DNA of 59,454 nt from Acaryochloridaceae cyanobacterium VAR_48_metabat_390 (GCA_031422435.1 JANPLU010000115.1:1-59454); one strand, 5' to 3'. Positions 30,591-42,190 are shown, numbered from the stretch's first letter. Translations and numbers: made by a program. The notes: generated by a model from the letters alone, not told the origin.

Positions 30591-30703
30591 TTGTCTGTTA
30601 GAATTTCTATTTCTTCTTTGGTTAAGTCATAGCATCGTTCAAGTTCGGGATTTAGATAGCAAAGTTTTTTGATTACATCATTGCCTGTTATAATGTCATT
30701 CAC
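30587..30703 (-). pseudogene. chimeric 38-aa mini-ORF: MNT N-terminus fused to an R-M-like C-terminal tail
   Basis: GTG start; MNDIITGNDVIKKLCYLNPELERCYDLTKEEIEILTDK*; first 25 aa match the MNT starting at 29988. Confidence 0.65.
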
Positions 30704-30730
30704 TTAGTTTGACTTCTTAAATATTTATAT
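30630..30730. repeat. diverged direct repeat of 29915-30015 (MNT 5' end and upstream region)
   Basis: Shared GTTCAAGTTCGGG, TTTTTTGATTACATCATTGCCT and AGTTTGACT.CTTAAAT. Confidence 0.85.
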
Positions 30731-30747
30731 TGCCGCATAGTTTAATT

Positions 30748-33700
30748 TTACTTAATCGGGAAACCAGGAATAAGCGCATCAATTTCTGTCATAAGCTGCA
30801 TGGTTTCTTTGAGGGCTACGACTACTTTTTGATAATGTAAGACATCATCAAATGACAGGGTACGTTTGGCTTTTTTGCGGTCCTTTAGCCATTTATCTAA
30901 AACTTGGTAGCCGCCAATTTTGAATGTCCAGACTTCGGGAGTAATGCCTTCAAAATAGCGCTCTTTGTTGATATACACTCGCTGTTCTGTGGGTTTATAG
31001 GTTACTTCGGTGACGGCGTTATCATCACCGCCGCCTATTTTGGTGATGAGTTTGTTGAGTTTTTTAGATTTCATTAGGTGCAGGTCTACTAATGCCTGAC
31101 CTTTTTCGCCTAGGTTTTTGAATAGCTGATCGCTACTGGTAAGGGGCACACGAGGAAAGTCGATTTTGAGAAATTCGGCGTAGCGTTGACGATAGGTAGG
31201 GCTATGGAAGATTGCATAAATGTAGTAAAAGATGGCTTCTGGTGTAGGAATGTAGCCAAGTTTTTCTTGAATTGCTGCAATGAAATCTGACGAGAAATTA
31301 GGAGATTTTTCAGCAAACAGGCTACTTTGTTGATTTTGAGTATCTGGATAGATATATAGAGGGAAAACCTGATTTGCTTCTCTACTAGTTGCCGATATCA
31401 CACAATCATTAGCTGGAACATTTGCACACCAAACATGATGAAAGCCAGAAGTTGCTTGTTGTCTTGAGCAAAGTAATGATAAATTTTCTTTAGTCATATT
31501 CTGCTGCAATACAGTTCTAGGATAATCCATTGCTACTGTACTAAAATAACAAGGTCGCCAATCAAAAGGTCGGTAAAGACAGTTGATTTTCCACTTTTCC
31601 CAGTTCTTATCAAGACGAATCTGTTTTCGTGCAGTTTCAACTGTCCAATCCCTGTTATCTTTTAGTTCATAACTTTGTTTGATTTCGTCATCAGATTGTC
31701 TAGTATCTTGAAAATTCTTAAACCTTTTATTTAGGTGCTCTGCATCAAAATCAATTGCAAAGTGATCTCTATGAGTTTGAAAGCCCAGGGTATTGACAGG
31801 AATAACTTCAGTAATCTTCCATCCCACCTCATACTCTGCGCTTAAGTTCGTATCTTGAGAACAAAATAAATAAAATTTTGGTTGAGGTTCAATAGTTTTC
31901 CACTTAATATCGTTAATCTCTAACGAATTCAAAATCTTATATTTAGATGCTCGATCACCCCATAACTCTGCATGGTGGACTTTTGCAGGTGAATTCTTTT
32001 CAGGCTCCTTTATGAAAATACCAATACTTACACCCTGCTGAATATCAAAGACATTCTGATCGCGGGAACCATCGGGAGAAATTTCTTTTTTCTTAGAATT
32101 GCCGTGTAAATCTAAAATATAAATATCTGTAAAAGTTTGCATCAAATTCTGACGCATTCCTCTAAATGTAGGGTTATCTAAATAACCGTGATTGGTTACA
32201 AAAGCTAAAACGCCATAACCCGTTTCACTGACTCGCCATTGACCAAACCGAATAAATTTTACATAGTCATCCTGCAACCATTTAGGGTTCTTTTCACCCA
32301 GCGGCACACCATCCACATAGTAATAATCGTGAACCAGGCCTGCGATCCATTCACTTTTGTTTGCTGAATGTCCCGAATAGGGTGGATTGCCCAACACCAC
32401 CATCACAGGCATATCTCGCTTCACCGTTGAGGCTTCATTCGCCTCCTGCGCCACAAACTGTCCAAACAAAATCTCCGACTTCTTCAGCGCCTCATCTAGC
32501 GTATTTGTGAGGTAAATGCCCAACCGCTGCTTACCCTTAAACTGGTAGCCCAACTCCTGAAGCTGTAGCCCAAGCTTAAGATGGGCAATGGCATAAGGAG
32601 CCATCAGCAGCTCAAACCCAAACAATCGACCCAGCAAATTATCTCGCACATAGCCATCCCACTGACCCGCCATGCCAATCTCTTCAAGATTGCGATAAAT
32701 CTGCTTCACCACCTCATACAAAAACGTACCCGTCCCCGTTGCAGGGTCTAAAATCTGCACCCTCGGCTTTTGCGTTGCAGGGTCTTTGCTATAGTCTGCC
32801 AACCCCAACGGCAAATCAAAGCGATCCTTCAAAATGGCATCTACAGAGCGCACAATAAACGACACCACAGGCTCCGGCGTGTAGTAAACGCCCCTACTCT
32901 TTCGCAGCGCCGCATTGTACGCCGCCAGAAACGTCTCATAAAAATGCACCACCGGATCTTCTTGGCGAGTGCGCCGCCCAAAATTTTCTAAAATGCTGCC
33001 CATCTCCACCTGAGACAGTAATTGAACGAGATCATCGATCGCCCAATCAATTTGGCTCACCGCATCCGTTTCAACAATCGTATTAAACAACCGCTTCAAA
33101 AATGGATTCGTAGCAGGGATATATGTACCCGCCGTTCGCCGCGTAAACGTCTCCCCCCCAGGGTTTTGAGCATGACCCACCCGCGCCGCAAATAGCCCAT
33201 AAGAAATCGTCTGCGCGTACATATCCGCAAAATCAACATCGTTTAGATCCGGCAGCAGCACCTCACTAAACCCCTGCTTGAGCTGATGTAGTTCACCATC
33301 GGTCGCCTCCAACTCCAGCGCCGTCGTCGTCGCCAACCGGATTGCCTTCGTCAACCGCGCCATCTGCTTCGCCAACGCCTCAGGGCTGCTGATAATTTCG
33401 CCCCTGTAGTTCAAAAACTGATCCAGCAGCGCCGCAACCTTCTGTGCCCCCGTAACCTGAAGCTTATTCTCGTGACGGTCTGCAAGCGTCTCCTTCTGCC
33501 TGCGCTTGCCGTCCACATACCAACGAAACTCCAGATAATTGGTCAGCACTAAATTCGGGAACGCCTCTAGATAGCGCTTGAGCTGATCTGTCTTTTCAAT
33601 TTGGTCTAGATCTAGCCCTACATTCTTGGCTTCCACATAGCCCACCAACATCTCGCGCCGCGTCACCGTAAAATCAGGAATCCCAGCCTTATTGCCCTTC

Positions 33701-33837
33701 TCTTCAATGACCGCATCAATGTCCTGCACCGGATCATCCAGTAAATTCTTCAGCGCTGGATAATGGCTGCGCTCACTGCCTTTTTGCAGATTTTTTTGAA
33801 TGGATTTTAGATAAGCATCAAACGTAAGAGATGGCAT
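30748..33837 (-). CDS. fused restriction endonuclease/N6-adenine methyltransferase (type IIG-like, with type ISP-like C-terminal specificity region)
   Basis: IPDF...GYVEAK, GVYYTP, LDPATGTGTF, GNPPY, DFPRVP, IGGYQVLDKWLKDRK; no helicase motifs; ATG at 33837 preferred. Confidence 0.9.
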   Translation of the reverse strand: MPSLTFDAYLKSIQKNLQKGSERSHYPALKNLLDDPVQDIDAVIEEKGNKAGIPDFTVTRREMLVGYVEAKNVGLDLDQIEKTDQLKRYLEAFPNLVLTNYLEFRWYVDGKRRQKETLADRHENKLQVTGAQKVAALLDQFLNYRGEIISSPEALAKQMARLTKAIRLATTTALELEATDGELHQLKQGFSEVLLPDLNDVDFADMYAQTISYGLFAARVGHAQNPGGETFTRRTAGTYIPATNPFLKRLFNTIVETDAVSQIDWAIDDLVQLLSQVEMGSILENFGRRTRQEDPVVHFYETFLAAYNAALRKSRGVYYTPEPVVSFIVRSVDAILKDRFDLPLGLADYSKDPATQKPRVQILDPATGTGTFLYEVVKQIYRNLEEIGMAGQWDGYVRDNLLGRLFGFELLMAPYAIAHLKLGLQLQELGYQFKGKQRLGIYLTNTLDEALKKSEILFGQFVAQEANEASTVKRDMPVMVVLGNPPYSGHSANKSEWIAGLVHDYYYVDGVPLGEKNPKWLQDDYVKFIRFGQWRVSETGYGVLAFVTNHGYLDNPTFRGMRQNLMQTFTDIYILDLHGNSKKKEISPDGSRDQNVFDIQQGVSIGIFIKEPEKNSPAKVHHAELWGDRASKYKILNSLEINDIKWKTIEPQPKFYLFCSQDTNLSAEYEVGWKITEVIPVNTLGFQTHRDHFAIDFDAEHLNKRFKNFQDTRQSDDEIKQSYELKDNRDWTVETARKQIRLDKNWEKWKINCLYRPFDWRPCYFSTVAMDYPRTVLQQNMTKENLSLLCSRQQATSGFHHVWCANVPANDCVISATSREANQVFPLYIYPDTQNQQSSLFAEKSPNFSSDFIAAIQEKLGYIPTPEAIFYYIYAIFHSPTYRQRYAEFLKIDFPRVPLTSSDQLFKNLGEKGQALVDLHLMKSKKLNKLITKIGGGDDNAVTEVTYKPTEQRVYINKERYFEGITPEVWTFKIGGYQVLDKWLKDRKKAKRTLSFDDVLHYQKVVVALKETMQLMTEIDALIPGFPIK

Positions 33838-33960
33838 TAAAAATAAGGTTCCTGATTTTTGCTCAGCCACCACTCTCTATATTTTGCTACAGGCTATCAG
33901 CATTAGACCTATTGCATCAATCCTAGCTCTCTCATCCCAAGCCTAAGGGCTAATTCCGGC

Positions 33961-33999
33961 TCCCCTCTCCCGTTCTGGGAGAGGGGTTGGGGGTGTGGG
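33961..33999. repeat. single-hairpin copy of the CCCCTCTCCC/GGGAGAGGGG element
   Basis: TCCCCTCTCCC-gttct-GGGAGAGGGG-TTGGGGGTGTGGG at the island edge. Confidence 0.75.
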
Positions 34000-34050
34000 T
34001 CTTAAATTTTTGTCAGTCAACCAGCCTCGCACTCCTTTCCAATAGTCCCC

Positions 34051-34125
34051 AAAAAAAGAAAGACCCCGAACCCCCCTTTTTCTGAACGTAGCCGCTTTGA
34101 AAAACTAGGGGTTCGGGGTTCTCTT
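34051..34125 (-). terminator. long hairpin terminator downstream of chlH
   Basis: ACCCCGAACCCC...GGGGTTCGGGGT stem followed by a T-tract on the minus strand. Confidence 0.7.
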
Positions 34126-34140
34126 CTACGTAAGTCCTAT

Positions 34141-37100
34141 CTAATCAACGCCTTCAATCCGGTCTTCAATCTCTTGGTAGAGATCGCGCAGCATTTGCAG
34201 ATTTTCTTCGCTGGTTTCCCAGTAGCCGCGACCATTCACCTCAAGCAATGTCGCCACCATCTTACGGAACGAGTGTGGGTTTAGGTTTTTGAGGCGATCG
34301 CGCATGGCCTCATCTTCGATGAACGTCGTATTCACATCCTCGTAAACCCAGTTGTCTACCGCACCTGCCGTAGCTGACCAGCCACTGGTATTAACCAAGC
34401 GCTTAGACAGTTCCCGCACGCCTTCATAGCCGTGACTGAGCATACCCTCATACCACTTAGGGTTAAGCATTTTGGTACGGGCATCTAATCGCACCGTTTC
34501 CGAGAGCGTCCGCACCTGAGCATTGGCTGTGGTGGTGTCAGCAATAAAGGAAGTGGGCTGTTTGCCGTCATCCCGTAGCTTCGCCACAATTTTGGTGGGG
34601 TCAGAGTCAAAGTAGTGACTCACGTCCGTGAGGCTGATTTCTGAAGAATCCAGGTTCTGGAACGTGACTTCTACGGTTTTGAGCGTGGTTTCAAAGATGG
34701 CGCGGGACTGATCCATCGTGCCAGGAGAATCCGCAGAGAAGGCAAAGGATTTACGGGTGAGGTACATCTCTTGCAGTTCGTCTTCGCTTTCCCAAGTGCT
34801 GTTTTCTACTGCCAAACTGACGTTAGAAGAGTAAGACCCTGAAGCGTTGGAGAAAACACGGGTTGCGGCCTGCCGCAGTTCAATGCCTAAGTCCTCAGCC
34901 TGCTTGAGCGCGTGCTTACGCACAAAGTTCATCTCTAGCGGCTCGTCGGCTTCCGCTGCCATTTTGACCGCCTGATCGAGCAGCGCCATCTGGTTAATAA
35001 ACAGGTCGCGGAATACGCCAGAACAGTTGACCACCACGTCAATACGAGGGCGACCCAGTTCTTCGAGGGGGATTAGCTCCACTTTGTTGATGCGTCCCAA
35101 AGAGTCGGCCTTTGGCAGTACACCCACCATCCACATAACCTGAGCGAGAGATTCGCCATAGGTTTTGATGTTGTCAGTTCCCCACAGCACCATCGAAATA
35201 GTTTCAGGCCAGGCACCCCCGTTATCGCGCTGCTGACGTGCCAATAGACGGTCTACCACAACCTTAGCCGAGGCGATCGCCGCCGTTGTCGGAATCGACT
35301 GGGGATCTAGCGCGTGAATATTCTTGCCTGTGGGTAGCACATCAGGGTTACGGATCGGGTCGCCACCAGGTCCAGGCAAGACGTACTCGCCTTCTAATGC
35401 CTGAAGCAGCGCGCCCAATTCGTTATCCGCCACAATCTGTTTGAGACAGAACTCTAAGTATTCCACCAGGGGCTTGAGGGTTTCAGCAGTAATGGCCTTA
35501 TAGCCCAACCCGTGCATTGCCTCAATCCAGGGTTCTTTGCGCCCCATGTTAAAGAAATTCAGAATGGAAACGCGCTCGATTCGACCCTCGGCGTTGGCCT
35601 GCTCCTGCACTAAAGCTGAAACCGCCGCACGGGTTGCCATGGTGATGTCGTTGAGCAACTGCACATCAGCCAAAATGCCATTATCGCTATTCTGGAAAAT
35701 ATCATCCATTTCTCGCCCAATACTCTGAGCCAACATACTGGGCAGGCTCAAAATGCCTTCTTCCGCACGGTCGAGACTGGCAATGTTGACTAGGGTGGCG
35801 ATCGCCTCATCTGCGGTGGGTGGCTTGCCCACCACATGCAAACCACAGGGCAATAACCGCGCCTCAATCTCCATGATCTTGATGTAGACCTTACCGACGA
35901 GGTTGTCGCGCTCCTCAGCGGTCATTTCTTTTGCATCAATTTCGGGCAGGTCAATGTCTTTGTCGAGGTTGACGATGCGGCATTGGTCAATGATGGAATT
36001 GGCGATCGCCGTTCCTCGTCCGCTGTCTTTCAGGGTTTGGTAAGACGCAATCAGTTCGCCCAGCTCTTTTAAGCCTTTATATAGACCCGCATTTTCAGCA
36101 GGCGGCGTGAGATAGCTGATGGTGTTTGCATAGCTGCGGCGTTTGGCGATCGTCGCCTCAGAGGGGTTATTGGCGGCGTAGTAGTAAAGGTTGGGGATAT
36201 TGCCAATAAGGTTGTCAGGGTAGCAGTCGCCAGACATCCCCATTTGCTTACCCGGCATAAACTCCAAAGAGCCGTGGGTGCCGAAGTGAAGCACCGCATC
36301 TGCACCCCAGATTTGATTGAGGTAGGTGTAGTAAGCTGCAAAGCCGTGGTGAGGGCTAGCTGAGCGCGAGAACAGCAGCCGCATGGGGTCGCCTTCGTAG
36401 CCAAAGGTGGGCTGTACGCCGATAAATACATTGCCGTAATGCTTGCCAAACACCAGCATGTTTTGCCCATCGGTGTTGAGCTGCCCTGGAGGTGGTCCCC
36501 AGTTTTCTTCAAGGCGTTTGGAGTAGGGGGTGAGGGCTTCGTACTCGCGCACAGGCATCCGGTAGGCGATGTTGAGTTCAGGGCTGTTGTACTGCGCTTG
36601 GGCATCGTGCAGGATATCCTGCATCAGCACTTCAGCGTTTTCAGGCAGCTCACCCAAGTCATATCCATTGCGCTTGAGGGCTTCAAGCACCTTGTAGATC
36701 GAGCCAAATACGTCTAGATAGGCGGCAGTCCCAATATTGCCCTTATCAGGCGGGAAGCTAAAGACGGTGATAGCAACCTTCTTATCAATTTTAGGCTTGC
36801 GGCGTAGGCTTGCCCACTTGATAGCGCGTTGTGCGACGGTTTCAATGCGGTCTTGAAGGGCGATCGATTTGCCCGTATTGCCATCTCGACCAGAGAGAAT
36901 AATCGGCTCAATCGCACCGTCCAGCTCAGGAATCGCAATTTGCAGCGCCACCTGAATCGGATGCAAGCCCAAATCGCTGTTTTCCCATTCTTCCGTGGTT
37001 TGGAACACCAGCGGCAGCGCCACCATGTAAGGACGGTTCAGCTTTTTGAGGGTTTCAATCGCCTTGGGATGATCTTGCCGTGCAGGGCCACCCACCATCG

Positions 37101-38151
37101 CAAACCCAGTCAAAGAGACGGCTGCATCAATAATAGGCACTTCGTTGCCGTTGCCCTTCGCAGGGTCAAAAAAGAAGGCTTCGACAGGCTTAGAAAAATC
37201 TAGACCCCCTGCAAATACTGGAATGACCCGTGCGCCTTGGGACTCCAGCTCCTGCACCATCGCCACATAGTGAGCATCATCCCCTGTAACGAGGTGGGTA
37301 CGCTGAAGAATGATCCCAATCGTAGGCGCGAGAGGGTCTTTAAGGTCATCATCAATATCGCGGCGGGAGCTGAACCAGTTGAGGTATTCCCGCACGTCTT
37401 CAAACATTTCGGGGGCGAGGGGGTGCCAGATGCCCATATCGGGGTAGGTGACGGGTTCTTGATAGGCAAGGGTCGCGTCGCCATTAGAGTGCTTACGGAT
37501 GCCGTCGTCTTTGAAGACGTACTTATCGGCCAGCATCAAAAAGAAATTTTCGAGGTTTTCGGGGGAGCCACCCAGCCAATACTGAAAGCTGAGCATGAAG
37601 TTACGGGCATCCCGTGCCTTATCCATGGGCAGGTACTTCAGCACCGTCGGCAGCGTCCGCAGCAGCTTCAGCATCGCGTCTTGGAAGCCTGCACCTGCAT
37701 TCTCCTTGCGCTTCTTCATAAACTGGGAAATCATGCTCTTGGATTGCCCAATCTGAGACAGCGAGAAGCTCCCCATTTTGTTGAGGCGCATCACCTGAGG
37801 CATAGAAGGGAAGACGACCGCTGCATCCAGGCGATCGCGGTGAGGCTCCACAGCCGCCACCAGCTTATCTGCCATATCTTCTAGAAAAATCAGCGACCCA
37901 ATGAAGATATTGGCCTGGGCGATGTCGCGCTCAAAGGCGGCGTAATTTTCTGGCGATCGCAGTTCTTCAATTAGATAGCCGTTTAGCTCGATCGCCAGAT
38001 TAGGGTTGAACTGGTTAATGGAGGTTGCCGCAGCCGTCAGAGAACTTTGGTACTGAGGCTCTAACACGACATAGACCACCTTCATTAAGGCGCGTCCCTT
38101 AAGATCTTCGGGACTAACGTGCCTGATGGCGGACTTGACGTGAGTGAACAT
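34141..38151 (-). CDS. chlH: magnesium chelatase subunit H
   Basis: MFTHVK start, [38 protein letters not shown]. Confidence 0.97.
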   Translation of the reverse strand: MFTHVKSAIRHVSPEDLKGRALMKVVYVVLEPQYQSSLTAAATSINQFNPNLAIELNGYLIEELRSPENYAAFERDIAQANIFIGSLIFLEDMADKLVAAVEPHRDRLDAAVVFPSMPQVMRLNKMGSFSLSQIGQSKSMISQFMKKRKENAGAGFQDAMLKLLRTLPTVLKYLPMDKARDARNFMLSFQYWLGGSPENLENFFLMLADKYVFKDDGIRKHSNGDATLAYQEPVTYPDMGIWHPLAPEMFEDVREYLNWFSSRRDIDDDLKDPLAPTIGIILQRTHLVTGDDAHYVAMVQELESQGARVIPVFAGGLDFSKPVEAFFFDPAKGNGNEVPIIDAAVSLTGFAMVGGPARQDHPKAIETLKKLNRPYMVALPLVFQTTEEWENSDLGLHPIQVALQIAIPELDGAIEPIILSGRDGNTGKSIALQDRIETVAQRAIKWASLRRKPKIDKKVAITVFSFPPDKGNIGTAAYLDVFGSIYKVLEALKRNGYDLGELPENAEVLMQDILHDAQAQYNSPELNIAYRMPVREYEALTPYSKRLEENWGPPPGQLNTDGQNMLVFGKHYGNVFIGVQPTFGYEGDPMRLLFSRSASPHHGFAAYYTYLNQIWGADAVLHFGTHGSLEFMPGKQMGMSGDCYPDNLIGNIPNLYYYAANNPSEATIAKRRSYANTISYLTPPAENAGLYKGLKELGELIASYQTLKDSGRGTAIANSIIDQCRIVNLDKDIDLPEIDAKEMTAEERDNLVGKVYIKIMEIEARLLPCGLHVVGKPPTADEAIATLVNIASLDRAEEGILSLPSMLAQSIGREMDDIFQNSDNGILADVQLLNDITMATRAAVSALVQEQANAEGRIERVSILNFFNMGRKEPWIEAMHGLGYKAITAETLKPLVEYLEFCLKQIVADNELGALLQALEGEYVLPGPGGDPIRNPDVLPTGKNIHALDPQSIPTTAAIASAKVVVDRLLARQQRDNGGAWPETISMVLWGTDNIKTYGESLAQVMWMVGVLPKADSLGRINKVELIPLEELGRPRIDVVVNCSGVFRDLFINQMALLDQAVKMAAEADEPLEMNFVRKHALKQAEDLGIELRQAATRVFSNASGSYSSNVSLAVENSTWESEDELQEMYLTRKSFAFSADSPGTMDQSRAIFETTLKTVEVTFQNLDSSEISLTDVSHYFDSDPTKIVAKLRDDGKQPTSFIADTTTANAQVRTLSETVRLDARTKMLNPKWYEGMLSHGYEGVRELSKRLVNTSGWSATAGAVDNWVYEDVNTTFIEDEAMRDRLKNLNPHSFRKMVATLLEVNGRGYWETSEENLQMLRDLYQEIEDRIEGVD

Positions 38152-38518
38152 GCAGAAAAACTCCTTAGAGCGCTGATTATAAGAGGATGCTGACTGAATT
38201 ATTCTAAAACGCTGAGGCTACCCAAACGCATCGCTAACAGTAAGCTTCCCTTAAGGTTTAACAAAGAAACCTTGATGGACTGGGTAGAAATACCTGAAGT
38301 GACACAAAATGATAGAAATTTTGTAATGAACTTTAAGGATTCGTTACGGTATTTAGGTGTGTGTTGTTGGCAATGCGGGTTTTCGGGTAAAGCAGGACGG
38401 CAGTTAAAGAGAGGCATAAAATTGATGCACTGCCGTTAACCCCAATTCAAGACGTGATGACTAAAGCTGAAATGAAAGATACTGGTAAGTACAAAGAATA
38501 AAAGTTTTGTAGCTGGGC

Positions 38519-39298
38519 ATGTTACCGAAGACCGACTTATTGAAAGGGATTGAGAACCTAGACCGGATCTCACGGGTTCTAGATCAGACAGACCAGGCGA
38601 TCAGAACCTGGGAAGTTGTATTTACAGATTTTTTATCGCCACCAGAATTAGCAGAGGCTGTCGCTGTTTTAGCAAAACTGACCGAAGTTTCAGCTATTGC
38701 TTGGGGGGGCTACCCTCAGGCAGAGCGCCAGCGTTTGGCGATCGCCCGTTCAGAGCTGCCCCTAGCCATCGATCAGGTAGAGCTGACGGCCCTCAGCATC
38801 GCAGGCAATTTCTTGTTTGACCCCGCAACCCATCGAGACTTCTTAGGCTCAATTTTGGGCACAGGCATTGTCCGCGAGAAAGTGGGCGATATTTTGGTGC
38901 TGGGTGAGCGGGGTGCCCAGGCGATTGTAGTGCCTGATCTAGTCGAGTTTTTTCAGCAGAGCATGACTCAGGTGCGGACGGTGCCCGTCAAGGTGATGCC
39001 CATTCCCCTGTCAGAGCTTCAGGTGCGGGAGCCAAGAAAAAAGGAACTGACAACCGTGGAGGCTTCGCTGCGGCTCGATGCGATCGCCTCAGCGGGGTTT
39101 GGGATGTCTCGCAGTAAGATGGTAGACCTCATTAATAAGGGTGAGGTGCGGGTGAATTGGAAAGATATTGGTCAGCCCAGTCATCAGCTTAAGGATGGCG
39201 ATCTCGTCGCGATTCGCGGCAAAGGACGCCTGTTTGTCGGCGAAATTGCCGTGACGAAAAAAGACCGCTACCGAGTTTTGTTAACGCGGGTGAGTTAG
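38519..39298 (+). CDS. photosystem II S4 domain protein (YlmH/Sll1252 family)
   Basis: TDFLSPPE, GGYPQAERQR, HRDFLG, ASLRLDAIASAGF. Confidence 0.9.
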   Translation: MLPKTDLLKGIENLDRISRVLDQTDQAIRTWEVVFTDFLSPPELAEAVAVLAKLTEVSAIAWGGYPQAERQRLAIARSELPLAIDQVELTALSIAGNFLFDPATHRDFLGSILGTGIVREKVGDILVLGERGAQAIVVPDLVEFFQQSMTQVRTVPVKVMPIPLSELQVREPRKKELTTVEASLRLDAIASAGFGMSRSKMVDLINKGEVRVNWKDIGQPSHQLKDGDLVAIRGKGRLFVGEIAVTKKDRYRVLLTRVS

Positions 39299-39324
39299 AG
39301 GATGAAGTGTGAGGTGACGCAACA

Positions 39325-39528
39325 ATGAAGCTCGATCAGTTTTTGAAATTTCAAGGGGTCGTCTCTACGGGGGGACAGGCCAAGCTTTTGATTCAAGATG
39401 GATTTGTTAAGGTCAACGGACAGCCGGAACTGCGGCGAGGCCGAAAATTGGCGGTGGGCGATCGCGTGTTTGCGATGGGACAAACCTTCACAGTGGATAC
39501 CCTCGAACCTGAGAGTGAGATATCCTGA
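39325..39528 (+). CDS. RNA-binding S4 domain protein (YaaA/YbcJ-like)
   Basis: KLDQFLK...TGGQAK...VKVNG..E.RRGRKL. Confidence 0.9.
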   Translation: MKLDQFLKFQGVVSTGGQAKLLIQDGFVKVNGQPELRRGRKLAVGDRVFAMGQTFTVDTLEPESEIS

Positions 39529-39567
39529 AGGTAAAGTTTTATAAACTATCTGCGGCGGTCTTAACCG

Positions 39568-40767
39568 ATGTCTGAATCCTCCCCTTCTATCGTTATTCTT
39601 GGCGGCGGCTTTGGAGGGCTTCATACCGCCCTCCGTTTGAGCCAGTTCCCCTGGACACAGGAAACTCGCCCCAACATTGTGCTGGTGGATCAAAACAGTC
39701 AGTTTTTGTTCTCGCCCCTGCTGTATGAGCTGGTAACCGATGAACTAGATACCTGGGAAATTGCGCCACCCTTCTCTGAGCTGTTGGCAAATACGTCCAT
39801 TCAGTTTAAGCAAGATACCGTTAGCGCCATTGATGTCGCCACCCAGCAAATAACGCTCAGTTCGGGAGAAACCCTGAATTATGATCGTCTTGTCTTAGCT
39901 TTAGGCGGCGAAACACCGCTTGATATTGTGCTGGGTGCGGCTGAATATGCTTTGCCCTTCCGCACCCTAGCCGATGCCCATCGGCTCAAAGATAAGCTGC
40001 GGCTGCTAGAAGCCTCTGACAAAGACGTGATTCGGGTAGCGGTTGTGGGAGCTGGCCCCAGTGGGGTTGAGCTGACCTGTAAGTTGGCAGATCGATTGGG
40101 CGATCGCGGACGCATTCGTCTGATTGACCGCAATGACCTTGTGTTAAAGCAATCGACTCAATTCAATCAAACTGCGGCTCAAAAAGCTCTAGACCAGCGC
40201 GGCATTTGGGTAGATCTAGACACCAGCATTGAGCAGATCAACGAAACCGACCTCGTGATGGTTTATAAAGACCAAAAAGACACCATTCCAGTGGATTTGG
40301 TGCTGTGGACGGTGGGCACGGCGATCGCCCAGCCCATCCAAGACCTACCCGTCCCCCACGCTGCCGATGGACGGATCCGCGTAGACACCACACTCCAAGT
40401 CAGCGAACACTCGAATTTATTTGCCCTAGGCGACCTTGCGGAGGGTCTAGATGCGACTCAGCAGGTAGTGCCCACCACTGCTCAAGCTGCGCTTCAGCAG
40501 GCAGATAATGTGGCGTGGAATGTGTGGGCTTCGCTATCAGGTCGGCCTTTATTACCGTTTCGCTACACTCCCCTCGGTGAAATGTTAACCCTTGGGGTAG
40601 ACGGTGCTGCCCTATCGGGGTTAGGACTTACCCTGGACGGTCCCTTTGCCTACCTTGCGCGCCGTCTCGTTTATCTCTATAGGATGCCAACGTTGGAACA
40701 TCAAATTAAAGTAGGTCTAAACTGGGTTATGAAACCTCTCATAGAAGCGCTTCAGGCAAAGTCCTAA
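39568..40767 (+). CDS. type II NAD(P)H dehydrogenase family flavoprotein (NdbB/NDC1-like)
   Basis: Two Rossmann motifs (GGGFGG, GAGPSGVE); FSPLLYE; FALGD. Confidence 0.88.
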   Translation: MSESSPSIVILGGGFGGLHTALRLSQFPWTQETRPNIVLVDQNSQFLFSPLLYELVTDELDTWEIAPPFSELLANTSIQFKQDTVSAIDVATQQITLSSGETLNYDRLVLALGGETPLDIVLGAAEYALPFRTLADAHRLKDKLRLLEASDKDVIRVAVVGAGPSGVELTCKLADRLGDRGRIRLIDRNDLVLKQSTQFNQTAAQKALDQRGIWVDLDTSIEQINETDLVMVYKDQKDTIPVDLVLWTVGTAIAQPIQDLPVPHAADGRIRVDTTLQVSEHSNLFALGDLAEGLDATQQVVPTTAQAALQQADNVAWNVWASLSGRPLLPFRYTPLGEMLTLGVDGAALSGLGLTLDGPFAYLARRLVYLYRMPTLEHQIKVGLNWVMKPLIEALQAKS

Positions 40768-40845
40768 CGTTAGCAAAACTCTAGCAAGATAAAAGGGATG
40801 CACTCACTGATACAGCCTCATTTCTATTTTTAAAGGAAAAGCAAC

Positions 40846-41445
40846 ATGACTGACCACGGCTGTCTACGCGTCGGCACCTTAGCCCCCAACTTTGTGGCTA
40901 AAGCAGTCTACAATCAGACGTTTATTGACGTTAGGCTATCTAACTACCGAGGGCAATATGTAGTTCTGTTCTTTTATCCCCTCGACTTTACCTTTGTCTG
41001 CCCCACTGAAGTTGCAGCCTTCAGCGATCGCCATGATGCGTTTAAGTCCATTAATACTGCAGTACTAGGTGTTTCTGTAGACAGCGAATTTGCGCATCTA
41101 GCCTGGATTCAAACCGACCGCAAATCCGGCGGCGTGGGCGATCTCAACTATCCCCTTGTGGCGGATCTAAAGAAGGAAATCAGCGCAGCCTACAACGTTC
41201 TTGACCCAGAAACAGGCGTGGCGCTGAGAGGACTGTTTATTATCGACCGAGAAGGCATTATTCAGTACGCGATGGTCAATAATCTTTCCTTTGGGCGCAG
41301 CGTGGATGAAACGCTGCGGGTGCTTCAGGCCATTCAGCATGTCCAAGCCAACCCAGACGAAGTGTGTCCTATCGACTGGCAACCAGGTGACAAGACGATG
41401 AATCCCGATCCCGTTAAATCTAAACATTATTTTCAGGCAATGTAG
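40846..41445 (+). CDS. 2-Cys peroxiredoxin (AhpC/Prx1)
   Basis: [13 protein letters not shown] and EVCP. Confidence 0.95.
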   Translation: MTDHGCLRVGTLAPNFVAKAVYNQTFIDVRLSNYRGQYVVLFFYPLDFTFVCPTEVAAFSDRHDAFKSINTAVLGVSVDSEFAHLAWIQTDRKSGGVGDLNYPLVADLKKEISAAYNVLDPETGVALRGLFIIDREGIIQYAMVNNLSFGRSVDETLRVLQAIQHVQANPDEVCPIDWQPGDKTMNPDPVKSKHYFQAM

Positions 41446-41510
41446 TTCCACAGCGCCCTGAGAGGCTCGTAGAAAACTTAAAGGTTTGTCTATTACGGCA
41501 GATGTTCTAG

Positions 41511-42092
41511 CTAGATGCTGGATGACTTTAATGAGAGTAACTGAGTCGTGACAGAGGGAATAACCTCAGTAACAGCCCACTGTTGATAATCTAAAACCAA
41601 TTGATGGACTAAGCGCTGCTTCACGGTAATCAAGATGCTTTTGAGGAGTCCATTTCCCGTAGCTTCTACTATTGCCTTTGGCGTCATCCACAGTATGGGT
41701 GGAATATCAACCTGCACTTCAAGATCAGCTCTCCCCTCCAAGTAGGTTTGACCCGCCTTCAATTGAGGAGATAAAACCCCTTCTAACGCCAACCGAAACC
41801 GCTGATTGACGAAGTCAATGCCGCGTAGCTCACAAGTATTAGATGTTAAAAAGACGGTGCCGTCAGGCTTAGGCTGTAGCTGAATATCGACCGTAGGCTG
41901 TAGATTAAACATCAAAAACTGTCGAGGCTTGAGCTTAAGCCGATAGCAGTGCTCACTCAGCGTCTCAATTTGACTTGGGTCTGTCAAAGCCTGCATCAAT
42001 CGTTGAGGCTGCCTGAGGTAGTGCTGAATTGGCACGCTGGCAGTCGGCACTAAAATTGAGACGGATTGAGAGGCTGTGAAAGTTGCGCGCAT
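41511..42092 (-). CDS. DUF1997 family protein
   Basis: PIQHYLRQPQRL, GNGLLKSIL..KQRL..QL..DY. Confidence 0.85.
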   Translation of the reverse strand: MRATFTASQSVSILVPTASVPIQHYLRQPQRLMQALTDPSQIETLSEHCYRLKLKPRQFLMFNLQPTVDIQLQPKPDGTVFLTSNTCELRGIDFVNQRFRLALEGVLSPQLKAGQTYLEGRADLEVQVDIPPILWMTPKAIVEATGNGLLKSILITVKQRLVHQLVLDYQQWAVTEVIPSVTTQLLSLKSSSI

Positions 42093-42190
42093 AAATGGGC
42101 ATACTAATAAGCTATGCTTTTGATTCTAACCTTCTCCGGCAAGATGTTTGGATAGAAGACCAGTTTTTCTAAATCGCGCCATTAACGCCC

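Noticed and set aside
36069..37884. Alternative-frame and antisense ORFs inside chlH
   Set aside because: Fully overlap a well-supported gene and have no motifs
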